DNA of 64,000 nt, taken from NCBI GenBank assembly GCA_030141605.1, contig JAQGDQ010000048.1, positions 248,001-312,000 on the forward strand. Direction: 5' to 3'. The notes beneath the pieces were generated by a model. It was not told the DNA's origin and did not search any database. It saw nothing but the letters and a program-made list of their open reading frames with translations. Source of the DNA: Tubiluchus corallicola. Its lineage: Eukaryota > Animalia > Priapulida. Positions 1 to 29,984 of the stretch are shown in pieces. Numbering within the stretch: position 1 is the stretch's first letter; the number at the start of each line of letters is the position of its first letter. The translations under genes were made by a program, and so were the position numbers.

Positions 1-900
1 CTTCTTATGACCACCACATTTGTTTTGTATAGATCACGGGCATCATCCCCCAAACATTTACTTGACTTAGCTGTTACAAACAAATAGATCTTAGTTGTAT
101 CTTGTATCTATTACACATTGGGCACATTAGATTAGTTATATGGGCACTTTTGAATTTACTTCAGTTCCAACATATTTAATTTAATTTTCTTATAATAATT
201 CAGGGACATAATTTTGCTTTTTAAATTCATTATGATTGTGAAATCTCAATTTTGTCATTTTATTGCATTTTACTCTGAACTCCTCTGCTACCTTTTTGCC
301 ACTTTATTTTTAAACATCTTTTTCCATTCAGACTTCTTGCTTTTAATTACTTGTTCCATATCCCCACTGTTTATTTCATGATAATTAGCAATTTTACAAT
401 CTGATCATACCAACTTTGTTCATACAATCTATTTTTTGTTCCATAACTATTTGTTTAGCAATTTTGTCATCATCAGAATTCATTAAACGATGAAAAACAT
501 TAAGTTTTCGTTCTCAACTCTATTTTTAATTGGCCAGCAGTTTAAGTGGGATAAAATGCCCCAATATGGGTTTGTTTTTTCTCACACGACAATTTTGTTA
601 AAACCTTAAACTGAATACTTTTTAACCATTTCCATTCTGTATTTGTTAGATTTGTCCACGTTTCACTGTTATATAACAACGCCGGTATCACCATTGTCTC
701 TTTTGATTTATATACCAAAACTAGGTTACTTTAATGCAAAACTGCATATCTGTTCTTAATCGCTGGAACTTTTATTGTTAAAACAGATTTGTAATTATCT
801 TCCCATTAACTTTTAATCTTTATCGTCATTTAAGTAATACAACTCATGTACTGATAATCTTGGCAATGCTGTCTTACGAGATAGTCTTTGACCTTTGATG
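1..900 (-). mobile_element. Decayed non-LTR retrotransposon (LINE) ORF2 3' fragment
   Basis: Minus-strand translation near 650-695 gives MVIPALLYNSETWTNL, typical of the post-RT region of LINE ORF2. Many stops and frameshifts; boundaries approximate. Confidence 0.5.
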
Positions 901-1852
901 AGTCAGTTAAATTTATCCATCTGATTATTTTGTGATCCGCGCTTCCAATGACATTCACGAAGGCAAAAGAGCAATCAAGCCAACATTATGTTAAAGTTTT
1001 TTCACAACATGCATTGCAGAGTTGGAAAATATTGTTTGTCTCATTGATCTGTCTCTGTGTTTTTAGAGCCAGGGATTTGGTTTCTGTGAAAAAGAAATTT
1101 AAATGGAGTGGGGTACTACACTGCCTGACTAGCTTTTTTCGCAGTCACACTGTATAAAATTTGATTAGTTTAGTACACTTGAATTATGAGGCCTGGCAGA
1201 AATCAAATGCATCTGAATCCTATTACAGTAAGTCATGATAATAATCTTACTTTGCGTGTACTTGACTACGTAATTTTATCTTACTATAGTTTTTTAGTGA
1301 TTATGCTAAGTTTACATTTTATTTGTTTGAGTAGGCTGCTTAGGACATATTGTGATGTGCCTGTGTATTGTAATTGTTACACTAAAGTGTTTTGATTCTG
1401 AGCTTTATGAATGCTTAATTTTAGAATAATTTGAAGAAAGCAACAGTGAACACACATTGTTTCTCCAAAATTTATTTTTTTATGTGTGCTCGTTTTTGCA
1501 TATTTCTCAATAATTGGACTAAAACTGTTCATCTCTCACTGTTAAGTGATTTAACGACTATTAATGAGTATTGCTTCTATATTACTAGAATTTTGTTTAT
1601 ACAGTTCTGCACTTTGCAACTAGAAGTGAACACTCAGTGTAGAATCTAGTTCATTGTGAAGGACAATCATCTAAGAAGAGACACTGAAACTTGTAGGGGT
1701 GTCTTAGTCAATATCAGGTGTGTTCGGAAAAAATTAGCCAGACTGCTGGACTTCCACCAAAATGATGTATAAATAATGCATAAAATCTAGTGCTTTGAAG
1801 ATAAAGAGTTTGGCTTATAACATTTATCTCTTAATAATTATTTTTATTGCAG

Positions 1853-18878
<17,026 letters not shown>

Positions 18879-19899
18879 GTTAAGTCCAGTGGAAACGATA
18901 TTTAAAAAAATCATCAAGACTTTTGTGAAACACTCAGTTCCATGTTCCATGTGTTTTTGCATCTGTATTTCTTCTTTTGTTTGCATACCTTGCTTGGCAT
19001 GCAGGTATTCTGTTGCTGTGTCACACCACTGTTTGGCTGCTTTTTAGACTTCAGTATTATAAGTAGCTCTATAATTATTAATCTATATTTTGATAGTCAG
19101 TCCAACCAAGCCATTTCAGGTCCCCTGATTTTCCATGAGCTTTCTCCATCACTTATGCCATCGTGCAGCATCTGTCGTTCGTTCAGAATTTGAGTATAAA
19201 CAAGTTATACTTGAACCGTTTGGGGTTGTCATGAGATCTTTGGTATGAGGTTTGGGAAAATGTAATGGCCGAAGTCAATTAAAGGCCATTCCAAGTCATA
19301 TTCAGAACGGTGGTAAACAAATAGAAAGCTCAACAGTTGCGTAGCATTAATGGGCATAGTAGGAGTGTGTGAGCCCGATGAATGCAACGAATTAGAGTGG
19401 CTTGTCATGTACTAAAAATCCAACATATGCAAAAATTTTTTACTCCCTCCCCCAGAAAGAGGAGGGATGATCAAGGATGGTGGATATTGTAGGAGAATTA
19501 GTCAACTCAGTGCGAGGAGTTAAAATGATCTGTCACCTATTGACAGAAATGATTTAATCCCCCTCCCAGGAGGGATGCAGATCTAGGATTTAAACTACAT
19601 TTATTATTGTTTTTATTTTATTTTTTATTTTGCATTTATTTCAGTGTATAAAAAGTACCATAGAATAATAAACAAAGCATAGTTAAAAATCACAATTAAA
19701 AAAATATTTCTACACAAGACAAGTAAAATAAATATTTACACAAAGAACAGAGAATTAGTAAGCCAAATATGCAAAAAAGGGTTAGTAAAAGTATTCCCAA
19801 TTGGCAAATATATGCGAAGTTAAAATGATATCGGTATTATGAATAAAACAACGTAAGATTTCATTGCTTAAATTTAAAACTCGTTGACGAAGGCTAAAA

Positions 19900-20230
19900 T
19901 GACTTGAAAATAATTACAGCCATTTTCAGCACATATTCTCGATGCTGCGGTGCCCCTTCGGAAAGCAAAAAATTTCGTCAATGCAAAATAGTAGGCCGCT
20001 TTTAATTTCCCAATAGTCCCAACATTAAAAGTGATCCAGAGATTAGAACTGTAAAAAGTGGAACAAAAAGATTTAAACAGAACACGTTTGAAGGTGCAGT
20101 TGATTTAAAATATCGGCATCGTCTTTTCAGTTATCGTTAATTATGTGGACCAAGATATTTTATTTCATGTTCGAGTTTAATCGGTTCTCCTTAGCAAATC
20201 TGACATTCCTAAACGCATTAGGAATAAAAT
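19900..20230 (-). mobile_element. Decayed RTEX-like LINE fragment
   Basis: Minus strand, across frameshifts: EIKYLG..IINDN.KDDADILNQ...KRVLFKSFCSTFYSSNLW. Confidence 0.4.
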
Positions 20231-22577
20231 AGACAGATTTTATAACTATAGTGTTATAAAGAGGGTTTCGTTGGGCAAAATGTTAAATGTAGTGCTAGAC
20301 AACGGGTAAGGGTATCCAATGACTTTGGACAAAGGTAAGAATTGCTAGAAATGGCCAAACGTGCCAACTGTTGTTTGGACATGAGACATTTGACCAGGTA
20401 GCTCCAGCGAGAAATTTGTGCTCTTTTTATACTTTAATTGCCTATGAAAATTTATGAATGAAATTTCGCTTAAAAGAATGATATCATATCAAACATTAAG
20501 ATCTTCAAGGTGTCGAACACTAAAGTCAGGGGACCTATGGCACCATCATTGATCGTCTGGTTTACTTGCATTAATATTTATACGTTGTAAAGTTTCATTT
20601 TTATGTTTATGTTGCTATAAACCCGTCCAATTTTAAATAGAGATTTATTATTTTATGTAAGTCTGTGTATGGATATTTATTATAATGTATGTGCATTGAT
20701 ATTTCATTTATTAGGCCATTTTAAATAGTGTGTGCCAGATGTTAAAACTGACTCAATTAAATGTATATTTATATGCGCATTTTTGAAAAGGGAACAGATA
20801 AGTGGTCACAGTGTGTGCATATCGGCAAAATTTAGCAATTGCCTGGAAGTTTGATGCAAAAACGTTGTGATATAATCTGCTACTAACTAGTTCTCACATA
20901 GATGAATGCTCAGTGCTTATCTCTTTGTCATTGATCTCATATAAGCTAGACTCTGTCCTGTTAAATAGATTCTGTCCTAATGGTCACCTATATTAAGTAG
21001 GCCTTAGTCATTGAGTTATAATTGACCACTTGTAAACTATGCAGTAGTGTTTGTCAAACATAATTTTGGGGAAATATGGTTATAAAGATTCTTGTTATAA
21101 TGGCAATGTCATCTTGTTGGAGGTAAATATATAGTGTTACTGGAATCATGTATGTTTGTGGTGGGCAGTTATGGCACTAATTAAGCTGATGGACATTTGT
21201 CCATGACGTGGTAAAAGTCTGATCACTTTACACTTAAGGCAAGGCATGTAGCTTGTATAAGTGAAAGTTAATTAAATTGGGTACCTCAACCGTCTTAACT
21301 TGTAATAATCTGAAGGTTAGCATTAATGTAATTTTCAAAGACCGTGTGATATGATAAACACCAATAAATTAAAAATAATGATTCTTCTTTCTCTGTTTTG
21401 TTTTTGCTGCTGCTGCATGGTATTGCAAAACTGTATTAGTCTTAACATGAATTTTAGACAGGAAAGCTGTGCCTTAAAATTAAGTGTTCTCCCAGCAGCT
21501 GTATTATTACATAAGCTGGTTAAAGACATAGAACTTCTGTTAGTTTATTAAAAATTTTAGTAGATCGTGACATAAAATAATAGCCATGACACTTATTGAC
21601 AAGAAAGAGTGATTTTTATAAGCGTATAAGCTGATAGTAAAATGCACTTATTGTTTAATTTTAATGTGTCTGTTACTTGCGTTCACATTACTAATAAGTT
21701 GTTGATTAGTAAAAAGCAGCGTATTAACCAATAGGGTAACTAGGCAATAGCCTAGAGCGCCGAAGTTTCAGGGCGTCACATTAGAAAAAATTCTTATCCT
21801 CGGAAATGTGTCATATATTATGGGGTTATGTCCTTTAATTCCTATAAAACTTGATAAAACTATAAAAATGTCCTATAATTCCACAATTAGATATTATAAT
21901 TACGTATCTTCATGATTTGGGCATTTTGGTGAATGTAAATAACAACTGTCTGTCGTGAAGTATGTATGTTTTTACAAAGTTGGTATTCTCATTGCGTATT
22001 TGATAGTTCTGGTGTATGCTCATTTTTAAAGAAAAATGTCCTATGATTCCTATATTTTTGAAAAGTAGAGCACGAGCCCTGATATTTTCATATTCATGTA
22101 CAATGTGCATTTTATAACACACCACAGGCAGCTTTTATATAAGTGCTGCATAATGAACAGGTGCAAAGTATTACACAACAAGCAGTGTGTTCATTCATTC
22201 TTGAATGTAAACACTATGCAAATACATGTAATTAAAATACATGTAGAACATCTCTGTTCTGTATGTGCATGTACAAATTGGCATTGTATATAATAAAAAT
22301 CTAATCTAACTAATAATGATCTAGAATAAATTTCACAATGACAAACAAGACTTGAAAAGAAAATAAGGAGCTGTTGGGCAAGCTAGGAAATTTACTTTCG
22401 TAACGTCTAGATGGCGCTTTCATTCCATACTTTGTTAGCCACTGCTAGATGCCGCCACAAAATCAAAGTGATCAAAGCACGTTTTTCGCCATTTGTCGTT
22501 TTGTTCGCGGCTTTTCGATAAAGCGTGCGTTTGTAATTTTTACTGCACAACTGTTAGTTGTGGTGTATTCTTTCAAT

Positions 22578-25500
22578 ATGGCATACAAAGGAGGCCAGAA
22601 GGTGCAGAAAGTTATGGTGCAGCCCATTGTATCCTTTAATGTATAATTTGTCATTATCTTAATTTTTTATCTGTTTTGTTACTCAATTTACTGTAGACTG
22701 CTGGTACAGTGGTAGCTAATGGCTCTAATATGGGTTATAATGCGTAATACCGGCTGGTAAAACACTTAACATCAGGCTCCTGTATGTCCACATTATAAAG
22801 GAACAAGCCAAAAAGAAAACTATCCTGTCACGCTGTTGTTCTTATACCCTGTAGCGGATAGCGCTATAGGCTGAAGCCTAAGGCCCGGGAAAATAAAACG
22901 AAAAAAATTTTTTTTTGTAAAAAAAAATAAATTGACAAAAGAGCAAGGGGCCCGCCAAAATAAAATATAGAAAAAAGTTTTTTTTCAAAAGTCAGTCACT
23001 ATATTTCAAATCGGGTTTACACAATTCAAGTTTACACAATTTAAGTTTACACAATTCAAGTTTACACAATTCACGTTCACACAGTTTAAGTTTAAGTTCA
23101 AAATTTCAGTTTCCGAATTTTTCAGTTTTCCGAAAGTCAGTTATAATTTCTGAATCAGTGATAAATTGTTTAATTTGTCATCCTTTAGAGAACAAAAACA
23201 CGTCAGCTCAGCAGTATAGCAACATTTAAATGGCCCGTTCCAAGCTCAAGCCTAAGGCCCATAAAATCATAATCCGCCGCTGCTTATACCTCTACATTGA
23301 ACCCCATAGCCTAGGTTCTCTAAATTTTATCACTTATCTGATCCAAGCATTGACTCTTACTAGAGTAGTGTGCCCGTGTTTACTGAATATAGATCTTCTT
23401 CGTTCACTGCATGATTTCCAAACACGTTTTTAGCTGCTTCACATTTCAACAGATGTTCAGTCGTGTCATACTTCTTCAAACACAGTGGACACATTAAATC
23501 ATACACTTATTTTTATAATTACACTTTAATTTGATCATGTTTAATATCCATTTAGTAATTTCATATACAGTTTTTTCATCACATAATTTATTGCCTGTTC
23601 CCAATTTTCCACACTATTTTTCTTAAATCTCAGTTTTATCTATCATCTCATTTTTTCACAGCTTCGACTTTTAGATACTTTTTAAATGCTTTTTTCCAAT
23701 GTGACTTCAATAAGCTTTGTATTCTTTCAGCATTTATATCTAAATCATACATACTTACAATTTCTCTAATTTCTGTCGTGCAGCTTCTGGGAATGTTTTT
23801 GTCACATATACTCAACATCACCTTTTTAGCATCTCTTTTACTCTCAGATACCAGCACACTTTGGTACCACATTAATTTTTTATAGTGTATTATTTGTCTA
23901 ATTGGCCATATTCCCCAAGTCATCATTAGGTCCCAATCACTCGTAGACATTTTTTGCTTCATCATACATCTTAGGGCTTCTTTTGCCAACTTTCTTCTTC
24001 ATAGTTTTTTTCTGTTAAGTTACCCCACACCTCCATATTGAAAATTAAACTAGGAGTCATCGTTGTCTTGTACAATAACTGTCTTATTTTTATAGCTTCA
24101 ATTCCTACATCGTCAGAACTACTCCAATTCATAATTTCATATATCATGCGTTCCACTTACTTCTTTTCGCTACAGACATGTGATTACTTTCTGTTTCGTT
24201 GATATAGTCACCTAAGTATTTATAATGGCTGACTTTATTAATTTTTCCTTTCTTAATACACATGTTACTTTCGTCAAGCCGATCTGCCTGCCTTTCCTAG
24301 TTTTCCTGTGATTACCAACTGTTGTGATTTTTCACCACTAAAAGCAAACCTTGATTTCTTCCATCAATCTACAATTTTTTGTCACATTCATTACTACATT
24401 TTCATCACCACAACCCTGAATATCATCCACATGTGTTCTGGCATCAAATCCAACATCATTATGTATTAACGAGAGTTTTTTCCTACTCATTTTATTTACC
24501 TGGTCTGTGCTAGCGCAACACATAACTGGTCCCCACACATTCCTTGTCGTACAGTTTCTCCGACTCAGAATTTCTTTGTTAATCCTACCAGTATACTAGT
24601 TTTCAGTTTCAATTTCAAATAAAATACTGCGGTATTTTTCATTTACACCAAGTCGCCATAAGTGCTTTTTTTCTTGAATGCAGGTTTTTTCTTTTATTTC
24701 ATATTCCCAATAACTTTTTCTCCAATTTGTTTATCCATAAACTGTTCTTCCACTTCTATAATGTTTTCCAAAATTCTGCTTTTCTGCGGCTTCTTCTCGT
24801 GCTCTGTGCCAAAAACTACAGTATTTCCCGTTCTCCCATTTCTTACAAACTTCTTTCATTTCTCCAAACTTCTCATGTCCATACCAGCAGTTTTCTCCAT
24901 GAAAACAGTGTAGTCCTTTATGATAAAAACTGCATAAAGGAACAGTACTTTCTTCATCTCTGCTTTCAACTACGCCTCCTCTATTGTCTGCATCTGCATC
25001 AACAGTTTCCCTAGATTTTACTATTTTCTTCGTACCTTCTACTGTTTTTTTGCAACTCACTTTTTTCTTTTGTTGACAGGTCATTGAACACATATAATGT
25101 TTGCATATCGTTTTTCAATGCTATACTTCCAACCTTCTTCTTTTAGTTCTTTTATTTCTTACTCTTTACCATTTAACTTTTTCTTTAAACTCCTTTCCCT
25201 TTTCTTTAAGCCCATCCAACTGAGTGTTTTCACTTCCCTTTTGTTGCATTTGTAGTTCTTTCTCCTTTATCTGTTCCTTTAGTATGCGATTTTCTTCTTC
25301 GTACCACTAAGCTGTTGCTCACATTTTCTTTTTGTTGTAATCTCATTTTTTAACTCTATATGCACAGCCCTCAGTTCTGTAATCTCTTTTTTCTATTGTT
25401 TTAATTCTTTATCTACTTGGGCACACCAAGTGCTAATCTTCATTACCCTCTCCTTTTCCAAGTCAATCTTTTTATGCTCTATTGCACATACAACCAAAAA

Positions 25501-28466
25501 ACTGTGTCAATGGTTTCCTCCATCCCCTTCTTTTCCATTTCTTTAAGTGCCGTGTTAATGCCCTATATGCTTTTTTCCTCATTTCTATGCAGACCATATG
25601 GTACCATTTATTACACCAATAACAAAGTAACCCATCGTCTTTTGCTGCAACAGTCATTTTGCACTTTGGACCACCTTCATCCTCATCCACCTCTATTTCC
25701 AGTCTTTCCTTGCTTTTAGCTCACCCCGTTCCCGAACACTTTTTTCTCTTTATCTTCCTCACTGTCATCATGTTGTTCACTATCTACAATACTGTTTCTT
25801 ATATCAGTATTTTCTTCATTATCAACTTGAAAATATTCCTCTACTATTCTTTCAACTCGAGTACTGTCAAAAGTCATTAACCTTTCATTCTCACTTTTAG
25901 TTCTCACTTTTAGATTCCCTCCACTGTGCAAAAAATTGTTAAAGGCAGGAATAAACGCGATATAACATATTTTATTTTTCACTCGATGGTCATGCACGTG
26001 GTGATTAGTATTATTTGTGATAAAACTTGATCGCTGCTTCACTATAGAAGAAATATTTTTGTATATTATAAATTTTCATCTCGATCCTACAACGTGGGTG
26101 TTAGTAGAAGGCTGAAGCTAGGCTTATCTAACTTATGTTTGTATATTAGAACTAGTAATTTAACCGATTTTAAGAAGCAGAAATCGGAGAATCAATCATA
26201 ATGGAACATGGATTCACTGTTTTAACGGGTCATAGCACTGAAAATAAGATAGTGCTCTTCTGAGATTTACCGTGGTCAATCATAAAAGACAAAGTGCCTT
26301 TAAGTCTCAAAAATTTTTACTTTTAACAGGAGCTTTCATCCTTCACGGACTTTGTCAGCTGAAATCTACTTGTATGGCCTAGATCTTGAATGATCTGCTG
26401 AATGTTGAAACTGACAAAGTCCATGAAGGACGAAAGCTTCTGTAAAAAATAAAATTTCTGAGACTTAATTCTGCTGGTTGTTTGACCCCTTTGGTGTTAC
26501 ATTAATTTATAGTAAATACAGTTGAATCCCTGTAATACGGCTCATAATGAAACTCTCAGTAAACAAGCCAAACTTATAAAACGAATGTAATCACTTGTGG
26601 TTACTACAAAACCCTGCATTCAGTGCATCATACAATGTTTTCCCAAAGTCCCGCCAGTATAATTTTAGCGTAATCAAACATGTAATACGAACTTCAGTCT
26701 CATGATTATTGATTAATGACGTGTTCTCAAATGTTCGTAATTTAAGCTGCCCGTTGGTTGTGTGTACAGCAATAACTAATTCATAACTTTATATATAATA
26801 ACTTCTATTTTGGGAAGAAATCTACGTGCAGTACACTAAAACCTTAACCAACTCGACAGAATTTGATATTCCGATATCTACAAAATGTAAGTACACAAGA
26901 ATTTTACTTACTTGAATTATAAAAATTTGAATTTTTTTTTTAGTTTTTAGACTTTGCATTGCCTTTTTGATACATTCACAAATGTCAAATAAAAACAAAG
27001 TTCAGAAAATAAACTTAAATTTTATTGCTCTGGTTGTGCATTAAAATAATAACACATTTACTGCTGCAATTTTTCAACAAGGCGGTGTGACATCACTCCG
27101 TGTAGTTAAACTTTATTCAAATGCTTTTATACAGAGATCACGTATATCCATTTGGCTGTATGAAAATGTAAATCTGCGAATAGAAGGCTGTATTATTGGC
27201 TTTGATGAATATATGAACTTGGTTCTGGATGAAGCCGAAGAGTTTCACATAAAAACAAAGAACAGAAAAACCTTGGGTAAGTTAATGAGGTTTTCTATAG
27301 TGCCGTAATGGAATTTTGGCTATGTGTACTAAATCGATGTAGAATGGCTCGTTAAATTTGATTAGATGTTATCCTTACACTGCTTTCTAATTTTACCTGC
27401 CTTCCAAGTTACTACCTACACGGGTAGCAAAAATCAGACTCGCTTACCCGATTGTTAAGATTCAGTGGCAGTGAATAAATTGTAATCATTTATATTCGCA
27501 AATAAAAACAACCATTGGTGCTTTTCAGCTGATTGTGTTACCTTAGCAATAAACATTCAGTTATTACATGCTTAGGCCTTGAAAGCGAGCTATGAGCCAC
27601 AATGATAGCATTTTGCCACCGCACCGCCTTACCTCCCAGACTTCTTAATTACTTGTATTGCACGCTTTATCAATGAATCAGCTACATTGGGATTATAATA
27701 ATCTATTTGTTATGTCCATTTGTTGGTATCATTGTTAAATTGTTAGTGGCCCGAAAGCTTTTTAAACCATTTCGTTTGAACAATTAACCTTTTTGTAAAG
27801 AAACTACAGTTTCTGTAAACTTTCGTCGATCACCCCTTCAGCAACAATGTAGTTGCTGCAGGCTTGCTAATGCCTAAATACACTATTGTACAGTAGTTAA
27901 AAATAATGCTGACTAATAATTTACTGACCTTAGATTTAATGTGTTTGAGTGAAAGCTGGCAGTGTGCCAACACAGCTGTTATTAGCCTCATATAGGTATC
28001 TATTGAACAGTGCAAGTGTGCCGCAGAAAGTGACATTTAAATTTTAAGTGAATTCTTAAACATTGAATATCACATTAATAATATTGTCTGCATTTTGATT
28101 GTTGGAACTGGGTAGAAATGTTTGGCTTTGTTAATAAACAATGCAGGCATGTGCCTGGGTACTCAATGGACACACTGCATGTACCAACCTTAATTTTGAA
28201 GTGATTTTGAAATGGCATAGTAAAACCATTGTGACTGTGTATGATTACTTGTTGTTGATAATATAGATGCCCTTTATTAATTCACATTTTGTAATGCTGT
28301 CTAGTTCACTTTAACTTGTCTTTCTGATTTCTTTAGTTTTGACATCTTGTAAAAGTGTGTGACATACTCTTTTGAGATGTTGTTGTCTTCTTTAGGTCGA
28401 GTTCTGTTGAAAGGGGACAATATTACACTAATTCAACAAGTTGACATAGACACGCCTGCTGAATAG
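22578..28466 (+). CDS. SNRPE: Small nuclear ribonucleoprotein E (SmE)
   Basis: Exons 22578-22628 ([17 protein letters not shown]), 26860-26886 (NLIFRYLQN), 27135-27276 ([36 protein letters not shown]...), 28396-28466 ([22 protein letters not shown]). Confidence 0.97.
22849..23282. mobile_element. hAT-type MITE with 8-bp TSD and internal 15-bp minisatellite
   Basis: TSD CTTATACC at 22841-22848 and 23283-23290; imperfect TIR ctgtagcggat / atccgccgctg; (gtttacacaattyaa)x~5 at about 23015-23090. Confidence 0.8.
23400..25900 (-). mobile_element. Decayed LINE (CR1-group-like): ORF1 with PHD and CCCH fingers plus partial RT
   Basis: [26 protein letters not shown] (PHD-like); [21 protein letters not shown] (CCCH); RT motifs RQG.WGPVMCC, HVDDI, YKYLGD; many frameshifts. 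Confidence 0.75.
26300..26468. repeat. Inverted repeat carrying two minimal hammerhead-ribozyme-like motifs (Penelope-like relic)
   Basis: Arms 26300-26358 and 26411-26468; each carries CTGACAA-AGTCC-N5-GGA(C/T)-GAAAGCT(T/C)C. Confidence 0.6.
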
Positions 28467-29984
28467 CCACAAGACAGGCACAAATCTGAAGTGTGTAAAT
28501 GTATAGGCTTCTTTGGATTAATGGTTTCTAGTAATGTTGCTATGTCAAACATTGTATATACACACAATTTACACGAAGTTATTGTATATATGAATTTTCA
28601 CAATCTCTGCCTTTACAAAGCACATTTGCTAGCAGTGGCAGTTCTCCAAACACAGAAACTGGCTGAACCGGACCACAGTCAGGCCCAGTGACATTTATTT
28701 ACAGTTTTTGCAGTTCTGTCATCAAATTTATAAAATGTCTTTTTATTCCTGCACCGATATTTGTTGCTGTGAGCTCCTTCATTGAATCACCAATTTCCCT
28801 ACTATTCCTGTAAAATAAATGTAGTTTGATTAAGCTAAAATTCATTTGTATAATAGCAATCTTTATTCTTCATTGTCTCTACAGCTTTGGACATTTAGCA
28901 TGATGTTTAATGAGTCTGAAAAACATGGGCAGATAAACCAGCTCTGTTCTAAATTTCTAATTTTTTGCAGACTACAACAACAAAACACTGGAATTTTTTC
29001 CTCCAAATTTGCCCAGACTTTTGAGCACGACTAGTTTTGAGCTATTAGTAGCTATTAAGCATGTCTGATGTGTAAACTATTGGCTCGTGTTCGAAGTATC
29101 ATGGATAAATTATTGCACGTGGGAAAAACGTACGATTGTCCTGTGTTTTATATTTGTTGGCTAGAGCTATAATTTCTGAAATTTCACTTCAAATAGCTTC
29201 ATACTTTTAAATACATTTAAAAGTAGACATTTTCAAAATGTTTAGCATATTTTAATGCTTTATTACTGTCTGTAATTAAATCTAATGGTAAATAATAAGG
29301 CTTGTATTACATGTATATTATGCACGTGCTGATAAATAATCATTGTATAACTTTTGTGTATAGTATCATGTTCAGTCATGTTGTTCTTGTATTCTATTCC
29401 GTAGAAATAAACAATTTGTAGAATTACATAAATTTTTTTCTGATAATCTATATTTCTTATTTCAGAAATCAACACCATTGATCATAACATATAAAGCAAT
29501 AATAAGTCAAACTTTTTAGTACTCATTTTCAAAGTCCAATTGATGACGAGCCTTATGTGTAATTACATTATAATACTTTTAGCGTTGCATTCGGGTACGA
29601 TATATGTACTCTGCCGTATTTAGGATTTAGATTCGATAAATGATGTCCAGTAGGTTCGACTATGGGCTAATAGAATTACACAGTTACTCTGATGCATTAT
29701 AGATACTTGACCGCATTTTACTGTAGTACCGTTTTGTACAAACAGTGTACAATGCAAGATGACAAGTTATGCGAGGGTAAAATTGTGCTTCTGCATATTT
29801 AAGTGTGTATAATTTTAAAAGTTGTGAATTTACAATGAATTATGACATGGACACAGCTTATAAATGTTTTTAGGCTTTAGAACTTGAAAATTAAAGCTCT
29901 GGGTACAGTAAAAGCACATTCGGTGCATCACTAAATACTTTACTACAATACTGCCTGCAGGTATAGAATGCAAGTGTAACATGG

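Larger units (their letters stand above)
22629..26859 (+). other. U12-type (minor spliceosome) GT-AG intron of SNRPE
   Basis: 5' splice site GTATCCTTT; branch point CCTTAAC at 26842-26848, 11 nt before the exon; no polypyrimidine tract. Confidence 0.92.

Noticed and set aside
1604-1770. Possible further upstream CAPS2 exon
   Set aside because: Candidate frames contain stops or lack convincing splice sites; the start codon could not be placed.
23015-23090. CRISPR-like repeat array
   Set aside because: Contiguous 15-bp tandem units with no spacers, in eukaryotic DNA.
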